Assembly: GCA_964234715.1 (NCBI GenBank)
Contig: OZ174286.1
Length of the DNA: 64,000 bases
Reading direction: 5' to 3' (one strand)
Source of the DNA: Podarcis melisellensis
Taxonomy: Eukaryota
The notes beneath the pieces were generated by a model. The model saw only the letters and a program-made list of their open reading frames with translations, had not been told where the DNA came from and made no database searches. Shown in pieces: positions 52,781 through 64,000 of the stretch; position 1 is the first letter of the stretch, and the number at the start of each line of letters is the position of its first letter. A program made the position numbers and the translations under genes.

Positions 52781-55700
52781 TACACACACACACCACATAT
52801 ATAATACATATCTAATATGCATTTGTGCACCTAGAGGGTACTGCTTTCATGAAAGGAGCAAAAGGGTGTTCTTGCCTGTGAATTGCTGCTTGCCTTCCTT
52901 TGGTGGCAATTTGATCTAGGGTCTTCTACTTTTTAAATGTCTATTTTTTGCTACTTCTCAGACAGCAAAAAACTAAGATGCATGTGCCTCAGTACATAGG
53001 GTGCAGCTACTCTCCGTTATTAAGTATATATATTCACAATTATGCTGATAAAGAACCCAAGGCATGTATACTTTTGAGGTCCTGTGCACACTTGCCTGGT
53101 AATAAGCTGAATTAAACAGAGTGCATCTTACTTCTGAGAAAACTTGCATAGATAGCTTTATACATCTCATAACCCAACTAGTACTATTACACATGCCTAG
53201 ATATAAATGATGTAGAAAAACAGATTTAGCTTTCGTATGACAGTAAATACAGAATGTATTTCAATTTCCCCCTCAAATTAGTTTTTTCCCCTCAGAGGGC
53301 TGATGTGGCAGAAAAAACCCTTATTTTCTCATGTCTTCCAAGTTTCAGGAAATCTTAACATTTACACTTCCAGGTAAGCGCGCATAGGATTGCAGCCCCA
53401 AGTGCTACTTAACAGGAAGAGTGACACTGTCCTTCAGCTATATTCAGCATAAAGTCTAAATACTTATTCTGTTATCAGACAGATGTTCTCAAGCCTAAGT
53501 ATTTTGGTCAAATGCACCATGCACTCTAATTCACATGTGCACATTTCAGCTAATCCTACAGTCTTTCTGTTGAAAAGTATATACTGTCCTTGGTTACAAA
53601 CTCAATTGAATTCTGCTGCTTTAAAGTAGTGTGAAAATTACAACCATGCATTAGTATTATGATTATGTTCAAGTGTTTAGTAATGACATAATTCAAGCCA
53701 CTAAAAGTTCAGTGCACAGTTGCTTCCATAAATTACTTTTAAGATTTATGCACCTTGGGTACATAAGCAAGTAGCTAATCTTACTGGGTAATATCTAGTG
53801 TAAGTCATACACAGTGTAGACTTTTTGAAACCAGTGGATTTAAGTTACATATGGTCATTTTCAGTTTATTGATACCTGGCATATGAACTACCGCAACTTA
53901 TGCTGATTTTACTTATGTGATCATAACTTTATACGGATCCTCAATAATTAAATAGGGGGCGGGAGGCTATTATTTTTGGGGCTCTGAAGGCTCTCAAAGG
54001 GCCCTGTGAGATCTCGTGGGAACCTCCCAGAGCATTTGCACAACCATCTCAGAACCCTGCAAACTTTTTGTACAGGGAAAAATTGCGCAAAAGAGCTTTA
54101 TTTAAGTTATTCACCTTACTTACCAGGCTTTGGGAGGCTCTGAGTTCTTGGGTGGTGTGAGGAGTACTTATTTTGCTTTTACACTCAACCCCTGGTAGCA
54201 TAATCCTTGCCTAACTTATGATTGCACTGTACTTAAATACAAAGTCTAATTAAAAAAGCAAGTTATTGTAAAAAGGTTATTATATGTTAGGTGTTCTGTG
54301 CTGATACTGGGGATAGTGGACTGCCAGTAGTTATGAAAACTTAACCTCTCGAACACAACTGTTACCCTCTCAACTGGCATGTTTCCTCAGTAGCAAATTA
54401 TATTGCCCAAATCTTTAGCTTTTGATTGCCTCTTTGTGGGCATGCCTTATGCACTGTTAAGCATTGGCACAATAGTTTTGATAGAGGATTTATTTTTATT
54501 ATTATTATTTAAAACCGTAATAGCACAAGTAAAGATACTGGATTCATTTAAAAGCAGTGGGTTTGGACTGCATCTTGTCTGTTGTCACACAGTCCATAAA
54601 ACTAAATTGCTTGTGGTCAAGTTAGACATGAAATGTTTTAAAGCAAAATTAGAAGGAAGGTCCAAAAAGGACAGCAAATAGTTAATGATGAAACTTCATT
54701 ATGAAAGTTAAAACCTCTTTTGTAGGAAAGGAGAATTTATTCCATAGCATATCAAGAGGTAGTGCATGCATTTCCCTATGCTCATTTATGTAAGGCTGCT
54801 AGAATTTATGTATTATTGCTATATCTTTTAAGGGGTATAGACCTTGGAATAGGAAAAAATGACATTGAAAGCAAAGCATATCTAGAACTTAACACATCTG
54901 TTAGGAAATTCTCCTTTCAGCAATTCTTGCCCAAGAGAAATTTCTGTTGGGTTGTATGTAGTGGAAAAAGCTACTACTGCATCCCTGCAATATAACAAAC
55001 TAGAATCAAATATTTTTAAAAATAAAACTTTTCCAGGTTCTTCATTTATAGCAGCCCTCCCAACTGAGTGCCCCCAGATGCTGTTGGACACAACTGCCAT
55101 CCCTGATTACTGGCCATGCTGATGGGAGTTGTAGTTTGAAAAGGCTGGATGTATAGCAATTCACCTAATGCAATTTCCTGATGCACCTTAAACACTAGTG
55201 TTCGTTGTACCATATAACCTTTCATTGGTTTACATTCCTTTCCATTAGTGTAATCCATGAAAACTTAGGCCATAATTAATGTCTTAGTCTTCAAGGAGCC
55301 ACAAGATTTTAGTTGTTTTCACCTAAATCCAGTTGACGAGTGAGCAGTTCTTACGTAACTTTAAACCACAGTTTAAAATACAAAGTATGGCTTAATGTGC
55401 ACAAGAGCTTTGCTTCCACCACATTTCTGACTGTGCCACACAGGGAGGGAAGCAAGTGAACCCTAAACAAATCAAGAGTCTTGTAGGTCCTGTGGGCTCC
55501 TCATTTGTTTCTCTCCAAGGAAACAATGAGAAGTCAACATGTTATGAGTGATAAGCATTTCATGGCAACAAGGCTTTGACTTGTTTCCTTTCTCTCGTTC
55601 GGCATAGTCGAAAGTGAGGGAAGAGTGAATTGCTCATGCACATTGACCATAGTTTATTTTGTATGAGTTGTATACGACTAAGTCATACTCATTTAAGTCA

Positions 55701-56710
55701 GTGGATATGACAAACTTAAGTTCATTGAATTCAGTGGTTCTACTCTTAGTATGACTTAGTTGGTTTAACTTTTTGTGAACCACACCAACATAACATTTGC
55801 AGTACAATCCTATGTCTGTCTGAAAAGAATTAAGTCTTGTTGATCTCAGTGGGACTTATTACTGAGTACGTGTATAGGGTTGTTGGCTTGATTATATTTA
55901 TTGCATTCTATTTTTTTGTCTATCTCAAGAAATCTCCTTAATTGTGAATTTTCTGAGTTCTTGTATGAATAGCCTTTCTAGCTTTGAGGAAGTACATACA
56001 GTTCTCATGTGATGTACAGAACCTTTTTTATCTGTACATTGCTGAAGATCCCAAGGTTATGTAGCATTCTGGGTGTGCATTTATTCTTCTTCAGGTGAAA
56101 AGGAATGAGAGGTGAAAAGACAAAAGGTTTGGCTATTATTCCATTCCGGATGCCACTGGGCCTTGTTTATACTATTACAAAGCAAATGCTTTCATTGCAA
56201 GATAGATGAGTGAGGGCCAATATATCTTTGAAACAAAGGTGACAATACAACAGCTAGTCAAGATTTCAGAAGAATGTTAGGAATTCAAGTGCTAATTAAA
56301 CTGACCATGGTTTTTAAATCTACATATTCTTTCTTTCTCTCATGCACCATTTTGTGAAGTTTCAAATTTGGGGATAGTTTTTACAAGTCTAAAAATAATG
56401 CCACCATATTTAAACAGTATGATAGGAGACACAATATTCTTGAAGCAAAGATGTTTCACGTGTTAAGAAATGCTTCAATGTGCCAAGAAAATACTGTGAA
56501 GAGGAGCGGTTTTTTTAGTAGTATTTCTTAAATTGACTCTTACTGGTGAGCATAAGGTATATAATTATTTGTAGGCATATAATGAAATTATTTTGTGATA
56601 ATTGCTTCTTACTATAAAACTTGTTTTGACCTAGTAATTTTCAGAGATGTGTTATGGAGTGTACATTTTTGTGTGTGTTTAAATAACAGGCTCTCTCTCT
56701 CCATCCCCAG

Positions 56711-56759
56711 GAGTCGAAAACTTCAAATCAGAAATATCCCGCCACACTTGCAGTGGGAG
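56711..56759 (+). CDS. IGF2BP3: IGF2BP3 exon 3 (49 nt, start of RRM2)
   Basis: Acceptor ctctctctctccatccccag, donor GAG|GTAGGC. Translates (R)SRKLQIRNIPPHLQWE in frame with exon 2. Confidence 0.97.
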
Positions 56760-57278
56760 GTAGGCATTCATCTTTGTTTTCAACCTGTTTTAAGAGGATA
56801 AATTGGTGCTTTGTTTTTCACCTTTTGCCTCTTTCGCCTTCTCCCTTATTTTCTCACTCCTTTTTCTTGCTCTTCTAACACATGCAAATTGTTGGCAAGA
56901 GCAATTTTGTTCTTTGAAGGATAATTTGCAAAACTGAATAACAGAACCTTCCAAATATTTCTTAACAGCTGCCGTTAATGTTAGGCAGTTGGAGATATAT
57001 TTCAGGGTTCTACAGTACATTTTCAGGTGACTGGCAATTTCCTGATTCATTTTATGTCTCAAAAGCTGATCTGAGCCTCTCTTCTCTGTATAAACATTAA
57101 CATTTTAGCAACTTTTAGAAATAGAAACTCTCTAGCTTTTTCTTGTAATTCTTCTGCCACTAGTTATTCCCATAGCAGCACATCATAATTTCAGAAGCTC
57201 TATGATAACTAGGTAACAGAATATAGATTATTGTAAAAATGTGTCTTTTTATTTGTGCCTCTTAAGCTTAATATGCCA

Positions 57279-57642
57279 GGGACGCATGTGGCGCTGTGGT
57301 CTAAACCTCAGAGCCAAGGCTTGCCGATCAGAAGGTTCGCGGTTCAAATCCCCGCGATGGCGTGAGCTCCCGTTACTCAGTCCCAGCTCCAGCTAACCTA
57401 GCAGTTTGAAAGCATGTCAAAGTGCAAGTAGATAAATAGGTACTCCTCTGGCGGGAAGGTAAACGGCATTTCTGTGCGCTGCTCTGGTTCGCCAGAAGTG
57501 GCTTAGTCATGCTGGCCACATGACCCGGAAAGCTGTCTGCGGACAAAACGCCGGCTACCTCAGTCAGTAAAGCGAGATAAGCGCCACAACCCCAGAGTCG
57601 TCAATAACTAGACTTAACAGTCAGGGGTTCCTTTACCTTTTT
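57279..57642 (+). mobile_element. Full-length Sauria SINE (Squam1-type)
   Basis: tRNA-like head GGGACGC..GTGGCGCTGTGG, B box GGTTCAAATCC, body GTGCAAGTAGATAAATAGGTAC, tail CCTTTACCTTT. Confidence 0.9.
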
Positions 57643-58328
57643 AAACCTCAATATAGTTAGATATAAACAAGCCCCTTACTGCTGCAATTTGATGACACAC
57701 ACATGAATTGTATAAACAACTGATCAAGCAGAGGTTTGTGTAGAGAAGATGCTCAAGAACTGGCAGTATTTTTAAAGCCAAAATTAATCAATTTATGTAT
57801 ATTAACTTACAAACTTTTGTGCCACTCTTTAGTATAATATTTCCAAGATGACTTTTAACACAAAACAGCAGATAAAATAACAGGATTAAAACAACTTGTA
57901 AAAAATTTAAAGGCCTGGGGAAATAAGAAGGTCTTTGCTTGATGCAAGAAGGATATTGAAAGAGGTATAACACAAACCCCCACCTCACCCTTCAGGGAAG
58001 AATTTACATGTGGGGTGCCACAACTATAAAAGCCCTTTCCTTAGCCACTACCTGTGTTGCAACTTCCCTCAGTAATGTTGGGAGAGATGTAATGTGACTG
58101 GATTTCTTTTAGTGTTTTTAAAATGTACACTCTCTCTGTCTCTCTGAAAGGTCTGTTATTATCTCTTAATAACAAGCCGCAAGGTATGACAGTTATGCGA
58201 AAGGAGAATTTGTCCTCACCCAGAGAATCAAAGTAAGGATGAGGCACTTTCAGAATAAAACTAGAATTTTATTTACATACAGATGATGAGGGTGATATCT
58301 TAATAATTACTCTAATAGGCACAACATA

Positions 58329-58626
58329 GGGACGCGAGTGGCGCTGTGGGCTAAACCACAGAGCCTCGAGCTCCTGTTGTTCGGTCCCAGCTTCTGCCAA
58401 CCTAGCAGTTCAAAAGCATTTCAAAGTGCAAGTAGATAAATAGGTACCGCTCTGGTGGGAAGGTTTCCATGCGCTGCTCTGGTTTGCCAGAAGCGGCTTA
58501 GTCATGCTGGCCACAGGACCCAGAAGCTGTCTGCGGACAAATGCCAGCTCACTCGGCCTATAGAGCGAGATGAGCACCACAGCCCCAGAGTCGTCTGCGA
58601 CTGGACCTAATGGTCAGGGGTACCTT
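58329..58626 (+). mobile_element. Sauria SINE with internal deletion of the B-box region
   Basis: Homologous to 57279-57642. 14-bp TSD TAATAGGCACAACA at 58313-58326 and 58627-58640. Confidence 0.9.
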
Positions 58627-59412
58627 TAATAGGCACAACACTTTGTTTCAGATGCATGTTCTTTACAGAGATAGCTAAAAATATCCTTAAAATTATCACT
58701 TTAAACCTGTCTCTGAATTGACTAATGACTCTTAGAACTTCTTGTAGGATCTTTGCCTTACCCTCAGGGATACAATCTGGGTTGCCCTGTCTAGCTAATC
58801 CCTAATTCAGCCCTAACAAGGCTCAAAACAGATCCCTAAATAGGCACTTACCGAGTCCTAACTAACTGACAAACAAGCCCTATTTGAATGTTGAATGGTT
58901 CAAACTTTAGCTCACTATTCTCTCCTGATTGGTTTCTGGGCTGACCCAACGTCTCTCTGTTATCACAACCTGCCTCACCTTAGAGAGCAAGATCTCCTGG
59001 AACAGGCAGGGTTATGTCGGAAAAGGCTTTGTCACTGACACCTCTTGGCTTTCTAGGCTGGATCTATGAGCATTCCCCAGACTGCAGAAATGATCCTTTG
59101 GCTGGGGCGGGGGTTATGGTGGTGGTGGTGGTTACAACCCTGTCTGAACACAGTGAACACTACTACCCAAACCAACTGCCCACTAACTGTAGTCACCATT
59201 TTGAATGCACAGAGAGAAGAAGAGCATATCTGTTCCCTTTTGGGGTTACCAGCAGCTAAATCTCATATTAAATTCATAGTATAAAACATGGATGTTCAAT
59301 CTTACTTAGTAGTGACCCACATTTTGTAGGGTTTTCTACAAGTTTATTCAAAACATTGTCTCCTTAAAAAAGATATTTTGAGGCAGCCAGCTTGTACTGT
59401 ACTAAGAAGGAC

Positions 59413-59830
59413 TTATTTGAAGGACTGCCTGCAGTCCTTATTGTAACCTGCCTGCGCATTGAGATCAGCCCCAGAGGCCCTGCTTATGATCCTGCCTGGC
59501 AGGCATGAGAGATGGGGCCTTTTCTGTGGTGGTTTCCATGTTGTGGAACTCTCTTCCCTCAGATCTGTGTGATCTCTGCACTGTGGGTTTTTAAAACGGT
59601 GTATAAAAAGTAATATATATTTTTTAAAATGTCTTTTATTAAAAAAAAATGTTTGCAGAGCTATCTTTTGTTAGTTGCTGTACTGTTTGAATTGGCATTT
59701 TAATGACTCAGTGATGTTGCCTTTGTTAATTTGGATTATTTTAGATCACTGTATTTATAGCGTTGTAAGCGGTTTTCAGTGGGTTATGCCCCCAAAGGCA
59801 GCATGTGGATTACTTCATAAGTAAATAGAG
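59413..59830 (+). mobile_element. Degraded L2-like LINE 3' fragment
   Basis: gaaggactgcct...gagatcagccccagaggccctgct...gggccttttctgtggtgg...tgtggaactctcttccc followed by a T-rich 3'UTR. Confidence 0.55.
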
Positions 59831-60636
59831 AAAATAAACCACCTTTGCTATGGTTCTTTGTGGTAATTGGCAGGGATGGGGCAGTTGCTTGCTGTGGTTA
59901 ACATGTGCAGTTACTAAACACGTGTATCTGATATTTCTAACACAAGGTTGCCATATAGGGTCAGCTTGACTTGATTGTGACATTTGGTTAAACCTTGATG
60001 CCCTTGGTGGATAAGGTCTAGAATTTCTTGCCTTGTAGATTGCGGTTCAGAAAAACCAAAAATAAAATATATTTCCATTTTGTTATTAGGCCTTCCAATT
60101 CACTCACTTGTCCATGGTCAGGAAAGTAGTTTCTAGTCATCTCTGACACATTGCTAAGGTATTTGATCTGATATAGTATAAAAAGTTGTGAAGTTCTGGA
60201 GCACCGTGAATAGTTGTTTTGTCCAAGTGAAACTGACTTACAGATGGTAATAGAGAAGCATGTACAGCACAAATGTAAGCCTTAACCTCCTTCTCTAACT
60301 TGTGTTTACTTACATTGTGTGGCAAAGTATCTGCTGTGAGGAGCTCTTTTCCAGGAACATACTGTGCTACTGGGTTGAATCATTCTTCTTAGAAGATGTT
60401 GGCATCATAATTGTACTTGGTTCAAATAATTTGTTTTCATCAAGGTCACCAAAGGTTTATAGCCTGTGATGAGTCATGTCCTTTTATCCTTTCCAGCTTC
60501 ATTTTCACCTTGTGTGGAGTAAGGGATTGAGGATTCCACAGAGTGTTTGTACACAGCATGGTTTGTCATAAGGGCTTAAAACAATGTCCATAAGATCGGC
60601 TTTTAGGAGTGTAGATTAGTGTCGTCAAAACATTCA

Positions 60637-60887
60637 GAGATAGCCAGTGTGGTGTAGTGGTTAAGAGCAGTAGTCACCTAATCTGGGGAACCGGGTTCGC
60701 GTCTCCGCTCCTCCACATGCAGCTGCTGGGTGACCTTGGGCCAGTCACACTTCTTTGAAGTCTCTCAGCCCCACTTACCTCACAGAGTGTTTGTTGTGGG
60801 GGAGGAAGGGAAAGGAGATTGTTAGCCGCTTTGAGACTCCTTAAAGGGAGTGAAAGGCGGGATATCAAATCCAAACTCTTCTTCTTC
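60637..60887 (+). mobile_element. Squam3-type (MIR/Ther1-related) SINE
   Basis: Head AGCCAGTGTGGTGTAGTGGTTAAGAGC...GGGTTCG, CORE-like GCTGGGTGACCTTGGGCCAGTCAC, (CTT)n tail. Confidence 0.8.
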
Positions 60888-61037
60888 AGTTTACTCCCAT
60901 TGTTTTCAGCAGTTCATTCTAGCAGTTACTCCAATAACTTAGTAGATTGTTTTTTTGTTTCTAGGTTATGACCTTGTATCACATGCATGTTGAACACAAA
61001 AATCCCCTGCTGATAGCTTCTTTGTGTGGTATCCCAA

Positions 61038-61067
<30 letters not shown>
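61038..61067. repeat. (TAG)10 microsatellite, probably the tail of the adjacent minus-strand L2-like fragment (about 61068-61130)
   Basis: Read directly from the sequence; abuts taccccacccatctgactgg. Confidence 0.9.
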
Positions 61068-61069
<2 letters not shown>

Positions 61070-61746
61070 CCCCCACCCATCTGACTGGATTGCCCCAGAC
61101 ATTCTGGGCAGCTTCCAACATATATAACAACTTAAGAGATTGTAGGTGATCTCTTCCTTGTGCATGTCTGAAGGGTTCTGAAATCCTATGTACATATTCT
61201 TATGTCTGCTCCTGAATTTATTTTTAAATAAGTTGTTATACCAACACTAGGTAGGTTTGTTCTCCAGGGATAGTGTCTTTATCAAAAATGATGCCTTAGG
61301 AAAAACTTGACACACTACATTATCAGACTAGCACATGGGAGTAGGCGTAGGGTTAGGAGTACAGTCACACTTATACTTGCTCAGCCAGTGCTTGAAATTC
61401 CCCAGGTGCGTTTTGCTACTGGCGTGGGTCCAGTTGCAACCAAGTGGAGATTTCTGGGCACCCAGTTAGCAACTGACTTCTTCATCGAGCCAGCTGACTC
61501 CCGCGCAGTCCTCCATCACCACATCAAGGAAAGTAAGAGCAGAGCTGAGTACAGATCTATTTGACACTGCTGCAACCTTTCCACAGGCCACCTAAATGGA
61601 ACTAACGAACCACAGTTTAAAAACCTCTGCCTTAATCCATAGTTAATACCATTTCCCTTTCCACTGTGCATGTTTCTCCTTCTTGCATGCTGGGACAAGT
61701 GAATTGTTGAAAGAACAGGCTACAGTCAAGCAATGTAGTTGAGACC

Positions 61747-61800
61747 ATAGAATAGCAGTGTTGGAAGGGACCCTAAGGGTCATCTGGTCCAACTCCCTGG
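61747..61800 (-). mobile_element. CR1-type 3' end fragment
   Basis: catagaatagcagtgttggaagggaccctaagggtcatctggtccaactccc is the reverse complement of the CR1-type tail also seen near 11350-11400. Confidence 0.7.
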
Positions 61801-62726
61801 CAAATAGACATTCTGGTGTGGTGACTGTAATCTAGGTTTAAGATGCCATTTTGCGCCTAGCTTATAGATATATGAGTTTCTAACACTGCTTGCTCTGGGC
61901 CTTGGAGGGCTAAGCTAGCCAGAGGGCCACGTCAAGGGCCTGCCAGACTTATGCTATTCATGCCACAAATGCCCCGTTTCTCCCATACGCTCCCAGCCTC
62001 ATACCATGATTTAACAAGGTTAGAAAGTAATATAAAAAATAGGTATATTTGTGGCATAAAGCTATACATTGCATACAAAGCTGGTGCAATATCTATAAAG
62101 AACTCAAACATTTTAAAGCTTTCCTCCCAACGGAAGGGAACCTTTGACTCAAACCCTTAATTTCTGCAGACAAAGTACAATAATAATGGAATGACAGATT
62201 TCATTAAGTCAACAGCAGATTTCTGCTCTTAATTTCCATCAGCCCCATACTTACCACATCACACTACAGTGCTCAGTGCTTCGGTCTCGCCATCAATTCC
62301 CCACTTCTTGGTTATAATTCAAGCTTTCCTTCCAACTATTCAGTCCCTTTCATATTCCTTCCTGTGCACCATGCCAGCCCCCCCTCTCAGTCCCCAGTAT
62401 TATGTAGTTCTGACATGTTGCCAAGCTTACTGAACTTCTCATTCTGCCTAATGCGCACAGCAGTAGAAGGAAAATAGTTTGATGGTATATGTCAAGACTC
62501 CTGGATAAGGGGCAAATCCAGATGCAATGGCGTAATGATAATAGAAGTGCAGTGAAATACCTGATATTGAAATTAATGGTGTGAGAGGAGATATATGACT
62601 TTTGAGAGTGAATGGGAAATGGACATGGAAGATTGCTGTACATACAAATCGGATCTGTTTTTTTTAAAAAAAATAAATTGTTCATTATACTTATGCCATA
62701 AACAAAATGCTTAAGAAATGCCAAAG

Positions 62727-63938
62727 TTTTTTTAAAAAATAATTTTTATTAAAGATTTTTATGAACTACAAATAACTTTCAATTTCTTTCTCTTTTTTTG
62801 ATCAGATTATAAAGTATTTTGGTGCGTTCAATGTAAAATGTAAAACAATATGTTTCTAAAGGTAGGGGAAGAGGGGTTTTCACGTCGCTGTCAATTCTGT
62901 ATATTTGTTGGTTTATATTGGCGATGAGAGAAGATTTGGAGGGGGAGCAGGGCATGTTTGTTTGCCTTTAATTGCCTTTGATTAACAGTTGTGAGATTTG
63001 TATGTGTTTGCGGAAGGGGGATATGGAATATTGTGTCAAGTTAACCATATTGATCAGTATGCTAGTGGAAGATCCCTGCTATTACTGTTGTCAGTTTGAG
63101 CCATGAATGTGTCATCTTTCTTTTGTCCTCAGGTCAGTTTTAGTCTGTTTGTTAACTTTTCTAACAAGGCCATTTCCCATACAATTGGTACCAGTGGTCC
63201 ATGCTTACTCCAGACAAGTCACTTCAGTGTCTTAACTATGACGTTTCTGGCTGCCAAGAGTAGGTGGGTTATAAGGTCTTTATGGTGCAAGTGAGCATTA
63301 TTGTCTTGGAAAATATTTAATAGGGCCAATTCTGGGGTAGGTTCTAATAAGTGTTTAGTTGTGTTACATACTTTTTGTAGGACTGCTGTCCAAAAGGATT
63401 GGATTCGGGGACGTTGCCACCACATGTGGAGGCATGTGCCTGTATAAATACAGCCTCTCCAGCATTTTGGTAAGCTTCCTGGGTGTATTACAGTGGTACC
63501 TCCGGTTTCGCCTCGCACTGCTGCCATGCAACTTCTGCTCGCATCCTGGGGCAAAGTTTGCAACAAGGGGATCTACTTTGGGTTAGCGGAGCTCGTAACC
63601 CGCCGCATTCACAAGGAGGATGGTACATAACACGAGGTTCCACTGTAATGCCAATTTCCTCAGTGTCAGATGCTATTGTTAAGTTTCAAAACGAGTTTCC
63701 TTCTTTTGGCTGAGATTTGAAGGGAGATTTGGACCACATTGGGTAGAGTTTATTTGGTATCCTTTGTCATGTTCCCATTGTTTTTTAATAGTGTCAGGTG
63801 ATATTGTGGGGTTATGGAGCAATATATCGTGGATACCATCCCCTTACTATGTCCATCTGCCGACAAAAGAAGGCTTTCAAAGGTGGTCAAGGGCCTAGTG
63901 GCCACTGCTTTTACTGCTAGGTTATTTAGAAAAGCATG
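62727..63938 (-). mobile_element. L1-clade LINE 3' fragment (decayed ORF2 C-terminus and 3'UTR)
   Basis: Minus-strand peptides PKCWRGCIYTGTCLHMWWQRPRIQSFW...LLLAARNVI (L1 ORF2 Cys-rich C-terminal region) and RPLTTFESLL...KGMVSTIY. AATAAA and an A-rich tail lie on the minus strand near 62727-62750. Confidence 0.85.
63491..63645 (+). mobile_element. Tigger-like MITE inserted into the L1 fragment
   Basis: TA|CAGTGGTACCTC ... GAGGTTCCACTG|TA. Internal catcctggggcaaagtt and gggttagcggag are shared with the 46.4-46.9 kb copies. Confidence 0.85.
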
Positions 63939-63940
63939 TA

Positions 63941-64000
63941 CCGTATTTTTCCGTCTATAAGACGCCCCCATGTATAAGATGCCACCCCCCCATTTTGGGG
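63941..64000. mobile_element. Start of a Tc1/mariner-type MITE, truncated by the window edge
   Basis: TA|CCGTATTTTTCCGTCTATAAGACGC terminus with a repeated TATAAGA motif. Confidence 0.6.

Noticed and set aside
62248-62450. Possible antisense exon ending in a minus-strand GTAAGT donor; another such donor near 32790
   Set aside because: Isolated splice-like motifs with no partner exons or coding signal.

Overview
Vertebrate nuclear DNA, most likely from a squamate (lacertid-like lizard), judged from Sauria/Squam1- and Squam3-type SINEs, a BovB/RTE tail and lizard-type MITEs. Two genes lie in tandem on the + strand. The first is the 3' end of TRA2A: its last two coding exons (1895-1962 and 2376-2386) encode ...RRRSPSPYYSRYRSRSRSRSYSPRRY*, with 3'UTR to about 3.2 kb. 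The second is the 5' part of IGF2BP3: coding exon 1 at 30257-30431, exon 2 at 32285-32345 and exon 3 at 56711-56759; exon 4 lies beyond the window. Between them is about 25 kb of TE-rich intergenic DNA, an orphan CpG island (about 25.0-26.2 kb) and the IGF2BP3 promoter island (about 28.7-31.9 kb). Almost all ORFs in the supplied track are spurious or TE-derived. I found no clearly new gene system. The best leads are regulatory hypotheses: a phase-compatible TRA2A-to-IGF2BP3 read-through splice, MITE-borne ACTACAnnTCCCA (ZNF143/THAP11-type) motifs, a reconstituted 5' splice site at IGF2BP3 exon 2, an inverted MITE pair able to form a long intronic hairpin, and the orphan CpG island. TE family names come from recognition, not database search, and degraded TE boundaries are approximate.
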